A program made the position numbers and the translations under genes. Shown here one piece after another: positions 18,423 to 31,060 of a stretch of 64,000 nt of DNA; within the stretch, counting starts at the first letter, position 1, and each line of letters begins with the position of its first letter. Source of the stretch: Vicinamibacterales bacterium (GTDB lineage Bacteria; Acidobacteriota; Vicinamibacteria; Vicinamibacterales; UBA2999). The stretch lies in contig DATJFF010000009.1 of NCBI GenBank assembly GCA_035495795.1, positions 9,394-73,393 of the forward strand, in the 5' to 3' direction. The notes beneath the pieces are model-generated. The model had not been told where the DNA came from, ran no database searches, and worked only from the letters and a program-made list of their open reading frames with translations.

Positions 18423-18692
18423 TGCTCGTCGCGACGCTCTCCAGGCGACGCGCCGGCGCGACGGGCCTCCTGCGTCCTCTGTTGGCATGGGGGATGCCGG
18501 TGACGTCACACGGTGGTCGGTCTTCGGCCCTGGAGGGCGGCATCTTCCGCTACTTCGCGATACGGCAACCGGCGATCACTGAAAGAGTTGCGAGCAGCAC
18601 CGCGGCGTGGCGCTGCTCGAAGGTGCGGGAGGCGACCCCGGCCGGCCGGAGCGTCCCCCGGTTATTCGTGCGCAGTCCGAGGGGCAGCCATC

Positions 18693-21431
18693 ATGAAGAC
18701 GTCAAATCCGGCCATTTTCGACGATGTCAACGAACAGCGCCGCCTGAACGAAGCCCGCGAGAACGGTGTTCCCTGGAAGAAGTGGGGACCGTACCTGAGC
18801 GAGCGGCAGTGGGGAACCGTCCGCGAGGACTACAGCCGCGACGGCAACGCGTGGAACTACTTCTCGCACGACCAGTCCCGCTCGCGGACCTACCGCTGGG
18901 GCGAAGACGGGCTGGCCGGCGTCTCCGATGATGGCCAACGGCTGTGCTTCGGGCTCGCGCTCTGGAACGGCGAGGATCCGATTCTCAAAGAACGGCTGTT
19001 CGGCCTCACCAACAGCGAAGGCAATCACGGCGAAGACGTCAAGGAGTACTACTTTTACGTCGATTCGACGCCGACGCACTCGTACATGAAGTACCTGTAC
19101 AAGTATCCGCAGCGCGCCTTCCCATACGTCGATCTCATCGAGACGAACCGCCGGCGCACGCGCGAGGACTTCGAGTACGAGCTGATCGACACTGGTGTCT
19201 TCGCCGACAACCGCTACTTCGACGTCTTCGTCGAGTACGCCAAGGGCGGCCCCGACGACCTGCTGGTGCAGATCACGATCCACAACCGGGGACCCGAACC
19301 GGCGACGCTGCACCTCCTTCCGACGCTCTGGTTCCGGAACACCTGGTCCTGGGGCGACGATGTCGCCCGCCCCATCCTGCGCGAGGCCGACGGCGCCGTC
19401 GCCGTCGAGCACCAGGAGCTGGGGCCCTACACCCTGGCGTGCGACGGTTCGCCGGATCTGTTGTTCACGGAAAACGAATCGAATAGCGAGCGGCTGTGGG
19501 GAGAGGCCAACCGCACCCCTTACGTCAAGGACGCGTTCCACCGCTACGTGATCGACGGCGATGTCGGCGCCGTCAACCCGGAGCGGACCGGGACCAAGGC
19601 GGCTGCGCACTACATCCTCAGCGTGCCCGCGGAGGGAGCGCAGGTAGTACGGCTGCGGCTGGCGTCCGCCAAAGAGGAGACGCCGTTCGGCGCCTCGTTC
19701 GCGGAGATCTTCGGCAAGCGGCTCGCCGATGCCGACGAGTTCTACGACCGGATCACGCCGTCTTCTCTCAATGCCGATCAGCGCCGCGTCCACCGCCAGG
19801 CGCTGGCCGGCATGCTGTGGACGAAGCAGTACTACTACTACGACGTGGATCGCTGGCTGAAGGAGCGCGGCACCCACCCGCTCGCCGGCACGGGCCACCA
19901 GGCGCCACGGAACGCCGAGTGGTTCCACATGCTCAACGGGGACATCATCTCGATGCCCGACAAGTGGGAGTATCCGTGGTACGCGGCCTGGGACCTGGCG
20001 TTCCACACCCTGGCGTTGTCGCTCGTCGACTTCGACTTCGCCAAGGAGCAGCTGCTCCTGATGCTCCGCTCCCTCTACAGCCACCCCAACGGTCAGATTC
20101 CCGCGTACGAGTGGAACTTCAGCGACGTCAACCCGCCGGTGCACGCCTGGGCCACGCTGTTCCTTTTCACGATGGAGAAGGACCTCGGGCGCGAGGACAT
20201 CGATTTCCTCGAACGCTCGTTCCAGGGGCTGATGCTCAACTTCAACTGGTGGGTGAACCGCAAGGATCCCAATGGCCGCAACGTGTTCGCCGGCGGCTTC
20301 CTCGGCCTCGACAACATCGGCATCTTCGATCGCAGCGCGCGGCTGCCGACCGGCGGCTCGCTGGAGCAGGCGGACGGCACGGCGTGGATGGCGTTCTACT
20401 GCCAGAACATGCTCGAGATGGCGCTGATCCTCGCCGACAGGGACTCGGCCTACGAGGAATTAGCGTTCAAGTTCCTCGAGAACTTCATCTGGATCGCCTA
20501 CGCGATGGATCGGATCGGCGAGCACGGCGACGAGATGTGGGACGACGAAGACGGGTTCTATTACGACGTGCTGCGGCTCCCGAACGGCGACGCATTCAGG
20601 CTGAAAGTGCGCTCGATGGTCGGGCTGCTGCCGCTCTGCGCGAGCACGGTGATCGAGGGCAGCACGGCAGCGAGGCATCCGCGTCTGATGGAGTTGATTG
20701 CGTTGTTCCGGAAGCGGCACCCGCAGGTCGTGGCCAAGGTGGCGCCGACCACTGACGGGTTCGTCGGGGTCAACAACCGCCGCCTGCTGTCGCCGCTCTC
20801 GAAGGAGAAGCTGACCCGGATCCTTGGCTATCTCCTCGACGAGAACGAGTTCCTGAGCCCGTTCGGAATCCGATCGCTGTCACGCGTCCATCGCGATCAC
20901 CCGTTCGTCTTCCGCACCGGCGGCCAGGAGTACAGCGTCCATTACCTGCCGGCCGAGTCGAACACCGGGATGTTCGGCGGCAACTCGAACTGGCGCGGTC
21001 CAATCTGGATGCCGGTCAACGGGCTGATCGTCCGCGGCCTGCTGCACCTCTACTCGTTCTACGGAGACGATTTCACCGTCGAATGCCCGACCGGATCGGG
21101 GCACCGCCTGACGCTGTTCCAGGTGGCGGAGGAGATCACGCGGCGGCTGAGCTCGATGTTCCTGCGCGACGCGAGCGGCAAGCGGCCGGTATACGGCGGG
21201 ACGTCCGTGTTCCAGGACGACCCGCACTGGCGCGACTACATCCTCTTCTACGAGTATTTCCACGGCGACAACGGCGCCGGGCTCGGCGCGAGCCACCAGA
21301 CCGGCTGGACCGGGATCATCGCGCGGCTGATGGACGTCTTCGCGCGGATGAAGCCGGCCGACATCGTCGCCACGCCCATGCGCGAAGTCGCCGAGCGGCT
21401 GGTTCGCGAGCAGGTCGGGGGAAAGCGATAA
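18693..21431 (+). CDS. GH63-like glycoside hydrolase (MGH1-like glucosidase family)
   Basis: The ORF track starts at 18513. ATG 18693 (MKTSNPAIFDD...) is the likely start, giving 912 aa. The N-terminal block PWKKWGPYLSERQWGTVREDYS and the (alpha/alpha)6-type C-terminal half with ...YFHGDNGAGLGASHQTGWT are as I recall for this family. Confidence 0.8.
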   Translation: MKTSNPAIFDDVNEQRRLNEARENGVPWKKWGPYLSERQWGTVREDYSRDGNAWNYFSHDQSRSRTYRWGEDGLAGVSDDGQRLCFGLALWNGEDPILKERLFGLTNSEGNHGEDVKEYYFYVDSTPTHSYMKYLYKYPQRAFPYVDLIETNRRRTREDFEYELIDTGVFADNRYFDVFVEYAKGGPDDLLVQITIHNRGPEPATLHLLPTLWFRNTWSWGDDVARPILREADGAVAVEHQELGPYTLACDGSPDLLFTENESNSERLWGEANRTPYVKDAFHRYVIDGDVGAVNPERTGTKAAAHYILSVPAEGAQVVRLRLASAKEETPFGASFAEIFGKRLADADEFYDRITPSSLNADQRRVHRQALAGMLWTKQYYYYDVDRWLKERGTHPLAGTGHQAPRNAEWFHMLNGDIISMPDKWEYPWYAAWDLAFHTLALSLVDFDFAKEQLLLMLRSLYSHPNGQIPAYEWNFSDVNPPVHAWATLFLFTMEKDLGREDIDFLERSFQGLMLNFNWWVNRKDPNGRNVFAGGFLGLDNIGIFDRSARLPTGGSLEQADGTAWMAFYCQNMLEMALILADRDSAYEELAFKFLENFIWIAYAMDRIGEHGDEMWDDEDGFYYDVLRLPNGDAFRLKVRSMVGLLPLCASTVIEGSTAARHPRLMELIALFRKRHPQVVAKVAPTTDGFVGVNNRRLLSPLSKEKLTRILGYLLDENEFLSPFGIRSLSRVHRDHPFVFRTGGQEYSVHYLPAESNTGMFGGNSNWRGPIWMPVNGLIVRGLLHLYSFYGDDFTVECPTGSGHRLTLFQVAEEITRRLSSMFLRDASGKRPVYGGTSVFQDDPHWRDYILFYEYFHGDNGAGLGASHQTGWTGIIARLMDVFARMKPADIVATPMREVAERLVREQVGGKR

Positions 21432-21572
21432 GACGGGGGTTCAAAGCACGGGGGTTCAAAGCACGACGGGTTCAAAGCACGACGGGTTCAAAGCACGACG
21501 GGTTCAAAGGTACGTACGTTCAAGGCACGAAGTTCGAAGGCGCGAGCGTTCAAGGCCACGAAGGTTCTGCGT
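21432..21572 (+). repeat. Tandem array of about 9 units of a 15-16 bp repeat (GGGTTCAAAGCACGAC), sense to the GH63-like gene
   Basis: GTTCAA cores at 21439, 21454, 21470, 21486, 21502, 21518, 21532 (GTTCGA), 21548 and 21564 (GTTCTG). The array starts 1 nt after the TAA stop, and units decay with distance. Confidence 0.9.
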
Positions 21573-21642
21573 CGGGGGTGAGCTCAAAAGAGCGCTCTTC
21601 AGAATAGGGCAGCGCGAAGTGTCTCCGCGGCCGTCGCGCAGC

Positions 21643-21770
21643 TCTCAACGAACCCTCGCGTTGAACCTCCGTGCTTTTGAACTCCCGTGATTTGAACCTC
21701 CGTGATTTGAACCTCCGTGATTTGAACCCCTGTGATTTGAACCACCGTGATTTGAACCTACGTGAAAAGA
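21643..21770 (-). repeat. Tandem array of about 7 units (minus-strand GGTTCAAATCACGGA), sense to the FAD-oxidase gene and reverse complement of the 21432-21572 array
   Basis: The plus strand reads CCGTGATTTGAACCT repeated with a 15-bp period. The last unit overlaps the stop and last codons of gene 21758-23335. Confidence 0.9.
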
Positions 21771-23335
21771 ACGCCTGGCGCGAGTTTGCCCGTGGGGTCG
21801 AGCGCGCGCTTGACGGCTCGCATCTCCTCGATGCCTTGCTCGCCGTAGAGCTCTCTTAGCAGCTGCTGCTTGAGCCGGCTGCGGCCGACGCCGTGCTCGG
21901 CGAGCGGCGCGCCGCCCATCGCGATCACGCCGCGGGCGATGTCGTGGATCGCCTGCCGGCCGGCCTCGACGTCCGCGAGCGACCGCGGGATCAGGTTGGG
22001 GTGCAGGTTGCCGTCGGAGAAGTGGCCCCAGATGGCGCAGTCGAGACCCCGCCGGGTGAATGCCTCGCGGTAGAGCCGCAGCGAATCGGCGAGCCGATCG
22101 AACGGCACCACCGGATCGGCAGCCGTCTTCTGGATCTCGGGGTGGACGCGTGCTTTCGCGGCGCCGACCAGCGCGTTGACGCTCGCCGGCACCGCCTCGC
22201 GCAGTCCGAACAGCCGCTCGGCGCCGCGGTCATCGTCGGGGAGTGCCACGATCGGATCGTCGGCGACGCCGGCGCGCGCGAGCCGCGACGCTAACGTCTC
22301 GAGCGTGGTGTCTTCGCCGCCGGGCACCTCGATCTGGATCAGGAGCAGTACCGAACCCGCGCCCGGACGCGGAGTCTGGGCCCGCGCGAACGCCTCGTCG
22401 GGAACGGCAGCCAGCGAGCGCGCATCCATGTACTCGACGGCAGACACGTCGAGCGCTCCTGTTCCCCGGCTACCGGTGCCGACACGGGTTTGGGCCGCTG
22501 CCGCAAGATGGCGTCGTCCGATCGACTCCGAGCACAGCGCGGCTGTGAGCGCGATTGCCTGTTCATCCCCAGCACAGCGGACCAACGCCACCAGCCGCCG
22601 CGGCCGCGGCACGACGCGCAGTCGCGCGGCGGTGATCACGCCCAGCGTTCCCTCCGAGCCGATGAACAGGTCGATGAGATCCATCCCCGGCGCCGCGAAG
22701 TAGCCGGCGGAGAGCTTGGCGACCTCCGGCATGCGAACGGCCGGGACCCGAACCCGCACCGCCGCTCCGTCGCTCGCCTCGATCGTGAATCCGCGTTCTG
22801 AATCCGCGAAAATCTTGCCGCGTTCGAGATCCAGCACATCGCCGCTGGCGAGCACGACCGCGATCGCCTCCACCCAGTTGCGCGTCGAGCCGTACTTGAA
22901 CGTGGCTGCGCCGGCGGCGTTGGTCGCAATCGTGCCGCCGACAAAGGCGCCGTCGTAGGTCGGAACGGGCGGGTAGTACAGGCCCGACGCCGTCAGCGCC
23001 TGTTGCAGCACCGCCAGCGGAACACCGGCGCCAACGTGCACGCAGCCATCCGCGGGTGTGCCGATCGCCGAGAGCGCGCGGGTGCTGACGAGCACCTCGC
23101 CGCGTGGCGTGGCGCCCCCGGTCAGCGAGGACTGCGCGCCGATCGCAAGCACCCGACCGGATGCGGCAACGATGGCGGCGACTTCGGCTTCGTCGTGAGG
23201 GAACACGATGCCCGGCGATCTCCCGCCCGGCACATGTGCAGCGTCGCTCAGGAATGAGGCGAGGATGGCGGGATCACGTTCAATCGGAGGCACCGCCGCC
23301 GGCCGCGGCCGTCTCGCACGCAGGCGCGAAGTCAC
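21758..23335 (-). CDS. FAD-linked oxidase (GlcD / D-lactate dehydrogenase-like)
   Basis: 525 aa. N-terminal FAD-binding PCMH-type region (...VFPHDEAEVAAIVAASGRVLAIGAQSSLTGGATP...). C-terminal oxidase domain ending ...HGVGRSRLKQQLLRELYGEQGIEEMRAVKRALDPTGKLAPGVLF. Confidence 0.85.
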   Translation of the reverse strand: MTSRLRARRPRPAAVPPIERDPAILASFLSDAAHVPGGRSPGIVFPHDEAEVAAIVAASGRVLAIGAQSSLTGGATPRGEVLVSTRALSAIGTPADGCVHVGAGVPLAVLQQALTASGLYYPPVPTYDGAFVGGTIATNAAGAATFKYGSTRNWVEAIAVVLASGDVLDLERGKIFADSERGFTIEASDGAAVRVRVPAVRMPEVAKLSAGYFAAPGMDLIDLFIGSEGTLGVITAARLRVVPRPRRLVALVRCAGDEQAIALTAALCSESIGRRHLAAAAQTRVGTGSRGTGALDVSAVEYMDARSLAAVPDEAFARAQTPRPGAGSVLLLIQIEVPGGEDTTLETLASRLARAGVADDPIVALPDDDRGAERLFGLREAVPASVNALVGAAKARVHPEIQKTAADPVVPFDRLADSLRLYREAFTRRGLDCAIWGHFSDGNLHPNLIPRSLADVEAGRQAIHDIARGVIAMGGAPLAEHGVGRSRLKQQLLRELYGEQGIEEMRAVKRALDPTGKLAPGVLFT

Positions 23336-23357
23336 CAGCCGATTCTGTCGCAGTTCG

Positions 23358-23420
23358 GACGAACGCCCGTACGTTGAAGCCTCGGGCCTTGAAGCCGTGG
23401 GCTTTGAACCTCGATGAGAA
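23358..23420 (-). repeat. Degenerate third array of the GGTTCAA(A/G)G family, sense to the histidine kinase gene
   Basis: The minus strand reads ...GAGGTTCAAAGCCCACGGCTTCAAGGCCCGAGGCTTCAACGTACGGGCGTTCGTCCGAAC..., beginning about 8 nt after the kinase stop (23429). Confidence 0.7.
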
Positions 23421-23428
23421 CGGTCGCG

Positions 23429-25099
23429 TTAGCGGGTGGCCCCGCGCACTGCGAGCGCCGCTTCGAGCGCCTCCGGGCTGACGGGCTTCACGAGATGCTG
23501 GTCGAATCCGGCCGCGCGCGACGCGTCGATATCGGCCTGGCTGCCGTAACCGGACACGGCGAGGATGAGCGCCCCGGACGTCTCCGGCCGCGAGCGAAGG
23601 ATCGCGACCAGCTCGCGCCCGCTCATGTCGGGCAATCCGATGTCCAGCAGCATCGCATCGGGGTGGAACTGGGCGGCCGCGGTCAGCGCCGACCCCGCGT
23701 CGTAGCTGACCTGGGCCTCGTGCCCGTGAAGCTCCAGCAACATGCGCAGCGTTTCCGCGGCATCGACGTTGTCTTCGACGATCAGGACGCGGCGGCTCGG
23801 GCTCGCCTCGAGACGGGGCCGATCCGGAGCCGCGGCCGGCTCGTGCTCCGATGAGCACGGCAAGCGCATCTCGAACTCGGATCCCAGACCGGGGCCCGAG
23901 CTGCGCGCCAGTACCTGCCCGCCGTGGAGTTCGATCAGCCGCTTGACCAGGGCGAGGCCGATCCCGAGGCCGCCCTGGGTGCGGTGCAGCGAGTGATCCC
24001 CCTGGGTGAAGGGGTCGAACACGCGCGGCAGCAGCTCGGGGTCGATTCCCTGGCCGCTGTCACGCACCACGAGCGTCGCATCGCTGCCGTGGCGCTCCAG
24101 CTCGATGCCGATCGTGCCGCCCGGCTCCATGTACTTCGAGGCGTTGTTGAGCAGGTTCGCCACCGCCTGGGCGAGACGCTCGAGATCCGCATCGACGAAG
24201 AGCGGCTCGGGCCACTGCCGCCGTTCGACGCGATGATGGCGGGAGGCGATCAGCGGCGCGCTCATCTCGAGTGCGCGATCCACGGCCTCTTCCAGCCGCA
24301 TCGGCCGTCGTTGCAGCACGATCTTCCCGCGGGATATCCGCGAGAGATCGAGCAGGTCATCGACCAGCCGGCGCAGGTGCTCGACCTGCCGTTCGATCAC
24401 CGACTGGGCCCAGATGCGCGTCGCGGGTTCGAGCTCGTCCTGGCGCATCACCTCGAGGGCGTTGCGAATCGGGGCGAGCGGGTTGCGGAGCTCGTGGGCG
24501 AGGAGCGCGAGAAACTCATCCTTGGCGCGATCGGCGTCGTCGAGCTCCTGCATCCGGTGGCGCAGCTCGAGCTCGAGCACACCGCATTCGTCGATCTTGC
24601 TCCTCAACCGGTCGTTGGTCTGGGCCAGCTCACGGTTGCGCTCGCGGACGCGCAACTCGAGCTGTTCGCGCAATTTCGACAGGCGCTGCTCGGCGTTGCG
24701 GAGCTCCCGCAAGTCCTCGATCGCGAGCAGTACTAACACCTCGTCATTGTTCCGGACGAGGTCGGGCATCAAGCGGGCTTCGATCGCACTCTCGCGTGGG
24801 CGAAGCGTTACCAGAAATGACGTGCGTTCGTAGCGCAAACACCGCAGCCACTGTCCAAAGGCCTGCCCGTCCTGCGTAGACAGGAGGGCAATGAGCGGCA
24901 GTCGCGGTACGGCGACGATCTCTTCTCCGAGCAGCTCGACGGCGGCGTTGTTGGCGTTGAGGATTGCGCCATTCAACGACAGGATGAGGTAAGGGAACGG
25001 AGCCCGATTCAGCAGCTCGAACGCGAACTCGAGCAGCTCCGGCTTACGGTGGCCCGTTGCAACCTCGGGCCTGCGGTTAGGGAAGGCCGCGTCGAACAT
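23429..25099 (-). CDS. Hybrid sensor histidine kinase / response regulator
   Basis: 556 aa. PAS-like N-terminus and coiled coil. H-box FLALLAHELRNPLAPI. N box NLLNNASKY. G boxes DSGQGI and GGLGIGL. C-terminal receiver with LLDIGLPDMSG. Lies 24 nt downstream of the CheB-CheR gene. Confidence 0.9.
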   Translation of the reverse strand: MFDAAFPNRRPEVATGHRKPELLEFAFELLNRAPFPYLILSLNGAILNANNAAVELLGEEIVAVPRLPLIALLSTQDGQAFGQWLRCLRYERTSFLVTLRPRESAIEARLMPDLVRNNDEVLVLLAIEDLRELRNAEQRLSKLREQLELRVRERNRELAQTNDRLRSKIDECGVLELELRHRMQELDDADRAKDEFLALLAHELRNPLAPIRNALEVMRQDELEPATRIWAQSVIERQVEHLRRLVDDLLDLSRISRGKIVLQRRPMRLEEAVDRALEMSAPLIASRHHRVERRQWPEPLFVDADLERLAQAVANLLNNASKYMEPGGTIGIELERHGSDATLVVRDSGQGIDPELLPRVFDPFTQGDHSLHRTQGGLGIGLALVKRLIELHGGQVLARSSGPGLGSEFEMRLPCSSEHEPAAAPDRPRLEASPSRRVLIVEDNVDAAETLRMLLELHGHEAQVSYDAGSALTAAAQFHPDAMLLDIGLPDMSGRELVAILRSRPETSGALILAVSGYGSQADIDASRAAGFDQHLVKPVSPEALEAALAVRGATR

Positions 25100-25123
25100 T
25101 TGCCTGGCCGCGCAGGGGCAGCA

Positions 25124-28036
<2,913 letters not shown>

Positions 28037-28057
28037 CGGTTCCGGTTCACCCCGGCC

Positions 28058-28068
28058 GGGGGGGGGGG
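28058..28068 (-). repeat. Homopolymer tract, G11 on the plus strand (C11 on the coding strand of the CheB-CheR gene)
   Basis: Read directly: ccgg ccggggggggggg ttgttcat. It lies between an SD-preceded ATG (28076-28074) and the long ORF. Confidence 0.95.
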
Positions 28069-28280
28069 TTGTTCATGACGCCTCCGCCCCGAGCGTATCG
28101 CTCGAGGGCTTGTCGATTGCACCGGATCGTACACGGAAAATCATGCGACCAGACGTGGTGGCAATCGGTGTTCGAGCCGTCCTCTTGCATCCGGTCCTGG
28201 CCACTGCATCCGAGGACGAGGCCGCTGAACCGGCCGCGGACCGCGCCCTGAGCTGATGGGCTGGCCGCGCGTGCCACCGG

Positions 28281-30155
28281 CTAGCGCTTGCGGCAGCGAT
28301 CCTTTACCAGCGCCATCACCGACGCGATGGCTGTCTCGATCGACCAGGAGTCGGTATCGATCGTCAGGTCGGCGTGCTCGGGAGGTTCGTACGCCGTCAG
28401 CCCCGATAGCGTGGATTCCCGCGCGTACAAGCCCTTTACGTCACGAGCGCGCAGCGTGGACACGGAGGCCTTGACGTAGATCTCGGCGAACCGGCCCGGC
28501 GGAAAGAGCCCTCGCACCGCGTCTCGATCGCGCGCGAACGGCGACACGAACGTGCAGAGCACAATGTGGCCGGCCTCGAAGAACAGCCGCGCCACTTCGC
28601 CCGCCCGCCGGACGTTCTCGGCGCGGTCGCTCGGGCTGAACCCGAGATCGCCGTTGAGCCCGTGCCGGAGCTGATCGCCGTCGAGGAGCATCGTTCGATA
28701 CCCCTCCGAGAACAGCTGCCGCTCGACCGCGCGCGCGATCGTGCTCTTGCCCGCGCCCGACAGGCCAGTCAGCCAGATCACGCCGGCGGCATGGCCCTGT
28801 GCCTGCTCGCGCTCGGGACGGGGGACGTTCCAGTGATCCCACGTGACGTTCGGTGACCGGCGCGGCTCGGGCCGGACCTCGTGCCTGGTCTCGCCGCGGA
28901 TCATTCCCGCCGCGACGGTCACGTTGGTCCGCGGGTCGACCACCACGAAGCTGCCGGTCGCGCTGTTAACGCGGTAGCTGTCGAAGCAGAGCGGGTTGGC
29001 CGTCACCAGCTGGACGCGGCCGATCTCGTTCAACCCGAGCCGTTCGGCCGGCTCGCGGTGCATCGTATCCACGTCGACGCGGTACTCGATCCGATCGATG
29101 TAGGCCTGCACCTCACGCGAGGTGTGGAGCACGACGTAGCCGCGCCCCACTTCCAGCGCCTGGTCGTTCATCCAGCAGAGAAATGCGTCGAAGCGATCCG
29201 CGACGGTCGGCTGGTTCTTCCTGCGCGCCAGCATGTCGCCCCGCGCGACGTCGATCTCCGTGTCGAGGGTGATGGTGACGGCGTCACCGGCGACGGCCTC
29301 CTCGCGCACGCCGTCGAAGGTGGTAATCGCCCGAACCTTCGCGGCAACGCCGGAGGGGAGGCAGGTCAGCTCGTCGCCGACTCGGACCGAGCCCGACGCG
29401 ACCGTCCCGGCGTAGCCCCGGAACGACTGATTCGGGCGCACGACGTACTGGACAGGGAACCGGAAGTCGATCGTGTTCCGGCGCCGTCCGGGGATGATGC
29501 TTTCGAGCAGGTGCAGCAGCGGGCCGCCCTGGTACCACGGGGTGCGTGGAGAGGCGGCGACCACGTTGTCGCCGTCCAGCGCGGAGATCGGGACGAAGGT
29601 GATGTCGGCAACCGTCAGCTTGTCGGCGAAGGCGGTGTAATCCGCGACGATCGTCCGGAACACCGCTTCGGAGAAGCCGACGAGGTCCATCTTGTTGACG
29701 GCGACGATCACGTGGGGGATGCCGAGCAGCGAGGCGATGAACGAATGGCGGCGCGACTGGGTCAGGACGCCCTTCTGCGCATCCACGAGGACGATGGCAA
29801 CGTCGGCGGTGGAGGCGCCGGTCACCATGTTGCGCGTGTACTGGACGTGGCCGGGCGTGTCGGCGAGGATGAACTTGCGCCGGGGCGTCGCGAAATATCG
29901 GTAGGCGACGTCGATCGTGATCTTCTGCTCGCGCTCGGCGCGGAGCCCGTCGGTGAGTAGCGCCAGGTTCACCGACGACTCGCCGAGCCGCCGGCTGGCG
30001 CCCTCGATCTGCGCCAGCTGATCCTCGAAGATCGACTTGGTGTCGTAGAGCAGTCTCCCGATCAGCGTGCTCTTGCCATCGTCAACGCTGCCGGCAGTCG
30101 CGATGCGGAGCAGATCCATGCCGGCGTAGGCGGGCTGGTCCGGCGGCGGCGCCAT
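28281..30155 (-). CDS. cysNC: Bifunctional sulfate adenylyltransferase subunit 1 / adenylylsulfate kinase (CysN-CysC fusion)
   Basis: The ORF track extends to 30590. ATG 30155-30153 (MAPPPDQ...) shares one base with the cysD TAA (TAATG). 624 aa. GTPase motifs GSVDDGKST and DTPGH. C-terminal APS kinase with P-loop GLSGAGKST. Confidence 0.92.
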   Translation of the reverse strand: MAPPPDQPAYAGMDLLRIATAGSVDDGKSTLIGRLLYDTKSIFEDQLAQIEGASRRLGESSVNLALLTDGLRAEREQKITIDVAYRYFATPRRKFILADTPGHVQYTRNMVTGASTADVAIVLVDAQKGVLTQSRRHSFIASLLGIPHVIVAVNKMDLVGFSEAVFRTIVADYTAFADKLTVADITFVPISALDGDNVVAASPRTPWYQGGPLLHLLESIIPGRRRNTIDFRFPVQYVVRPNQSFRGYAGTVASGSVRVGDELTCLPSGVAAKVRAITTFDGVREEAVAGDAVTITLDTEIDVARGDMLARRKNQPTVADRFDAFLCWMNDQALEVGRGYVVLHTSREVQAYIDRIEYRVDVDTMHREPAERLGLNEIGRVQLVTANPLCFDSYRVNSATGSFVVVDPRTNVTVAAGMIRGETRHEVRPEPRRSPNVTWDHWNVPRPEREQAQGHAAGVIWLTGLSGAGKSTIARAVERQLFSEGYRTMLLDGDQLRHGLNGDLGFSPSDRAENVRRAGEVARLFFEAGHIVLCTFVSPFARDRDAVRGLFPPGRFAEIYVKASVSTLRARDVKGLYARESTLSGLTAYEPPEHADLTIDTDSWSIETAIASVMALVKDRCRKR

Positions 30156-31060
30156 TAGAAGTACCCGGCCTTCTTGCGGTCTTCCATCGCTGTTTCGGAG
30201 CGCTTGTCGTCGCTCCGCCCGCCGCGTTCCGTGACCCGCGCGGCAGCCGTCTCGAGGATGATCTCGCCGACGGTGGCGGCGCTGGACAGCACCGCGCCGG
30301 TGCAGGTTGCGTCGCCGATGGTGCGGAAGCGGACGAGGCGCCGCTCGATCGCTTCGCCCTCGATCAGCGGGATGAACTCGGAGGCCGCCAGGTAGATGCC
30401 GTCGCGGACGAAGACGTCGCGCTGGTGCGCGAAGTAGAGCGGGGGCATCGGGATCTGCTCGATCGCGATGTACTGCCAGACGTCCATCTCGGTCCAATTC
30501 GAGATCGGGAAGACGCGGAAGTGCTCGCCGGGATGCTTGCGCCCGTTGTACAGGTTCCACGGCTCGGGCCGCTGGTTCCTCGGATCCCACTGGCCGAACC
30601 GATCCCGGTGCGAGAAGATCCGCTCCTTGGCGCGGGCCTTTTCCTCGTCGCGGCGCGCGCCTCCAATCGCGGCGTCGGCCTTCAGATCCCTGAGCGCATC
30701 GAGCAGGGTCACCGTCTGCAGCACGTTGCGGCTGGCGGTCGGACCGGTTTCCTCCTTCACGCGTCCCTTGTCGATCGAGTCCTGGACGTAGGCGACCCTC
30801 AGATCCACGCCGAGCGACTTCGCGTATTCGTCACGGTAGACAATCGTCTCGGGAAAGTTGTGGCCGGTGTCGATGTGGAGGAGCGGGAAGGGAATCGACG
30901 CCGGATGGAACGCCTTGCGGGCCAGCCAGGCGACGACGATTGAGTCCTTTCCGCCGGAGAAGAGCAGCACTGGCCGTTCGAACTGAGCCCCGACCTCGCG
31001 CAGCACGTGAATCGATTCGTTCTCGAGGGCGGACAGGTGCCCTCGCACCTCGGTTTTCAT
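30155..31060 (-). CDS. cysD: Sulfate adenylyltransferase subunit 2
   Basis: 301 aa. PP-loop LFSGGKDS. Conserved HIDTGHNFPE and ...ISNWTEMDVWQYI. ATGA overlap with the cysQ stop. Confidence 0.93.
   Translation of the reverse strand: MKTEVRGHLSALENESIHVLREVGAQFERPVLLFSGGKDSIVVAWLARKAFHPASIPFPLLHIDTGHNFPETIVYRDEYAKSLGVDLRVAYVQDSIDKGRVKEETGPTASRNVLQTVTLLDALRDLKADAAIGGARRDEEKARAKERIFSHRDRFGQWDPRNQRPEPWNLYNGRKHPGEHFRVFPISNWTEMDVWQYIAIEQIPMPPLYFAHQRDVFVRDGIYLAASEFIPLIEGEAIERRLVRFRTIGDATCTGAVLSSAATVGEIILETAAARVTERGGRSDDKRSETAMEDRKKAGYF

Noticed and set aside
18500-18509. Perfect 10-bp palindrome GTGACGTCAC in the 364-bp spacer upstream of the GH63-like gene, as a possible regulator site or riboswitch region.
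   Set aside because: It is a single short palindrome with no second copy or recognisable riboswitch fold. I cannot assign it from sequence alone.
12706-20144. Long antisense ORFs 12706-14382 (-), 16658-18325 (-) and 18702-20144 (-). Similar ones lie elsewhere, for example 2160-3701 (+), 36547-38643 (+), 38202-39569 (-), 55439-57091 (-) and 49443-50720 (+).
   Set aside because: All lie opposite genes with recognisable domains. All are Arg/Pro/Gly/Ala-rich and lack motifs, signals or sensible starts. I treat them as GC-driven open frames.
21432-21770. Possible CRISPR array. The same question applies to 38396-38679.
   Set aside because: The repeats are directly abutting with no unique spacers. 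Units are 15-16 bp or 88 bp, and no cas genes are present. These are tandem repeats, not CRISPR.
28047-28277. 76-aa minus-strand ORF upstream of the CheB-CheR gene, considered as a separate small gene or a long N-terminal extension.
   Set aside because: Its sequence is unconvincing and GC3 is only about 74% by hand count. Only its last 9 codons, from the SD-preceded ATG at 28076, are relevant, and they are covered in the homopolymer finding.
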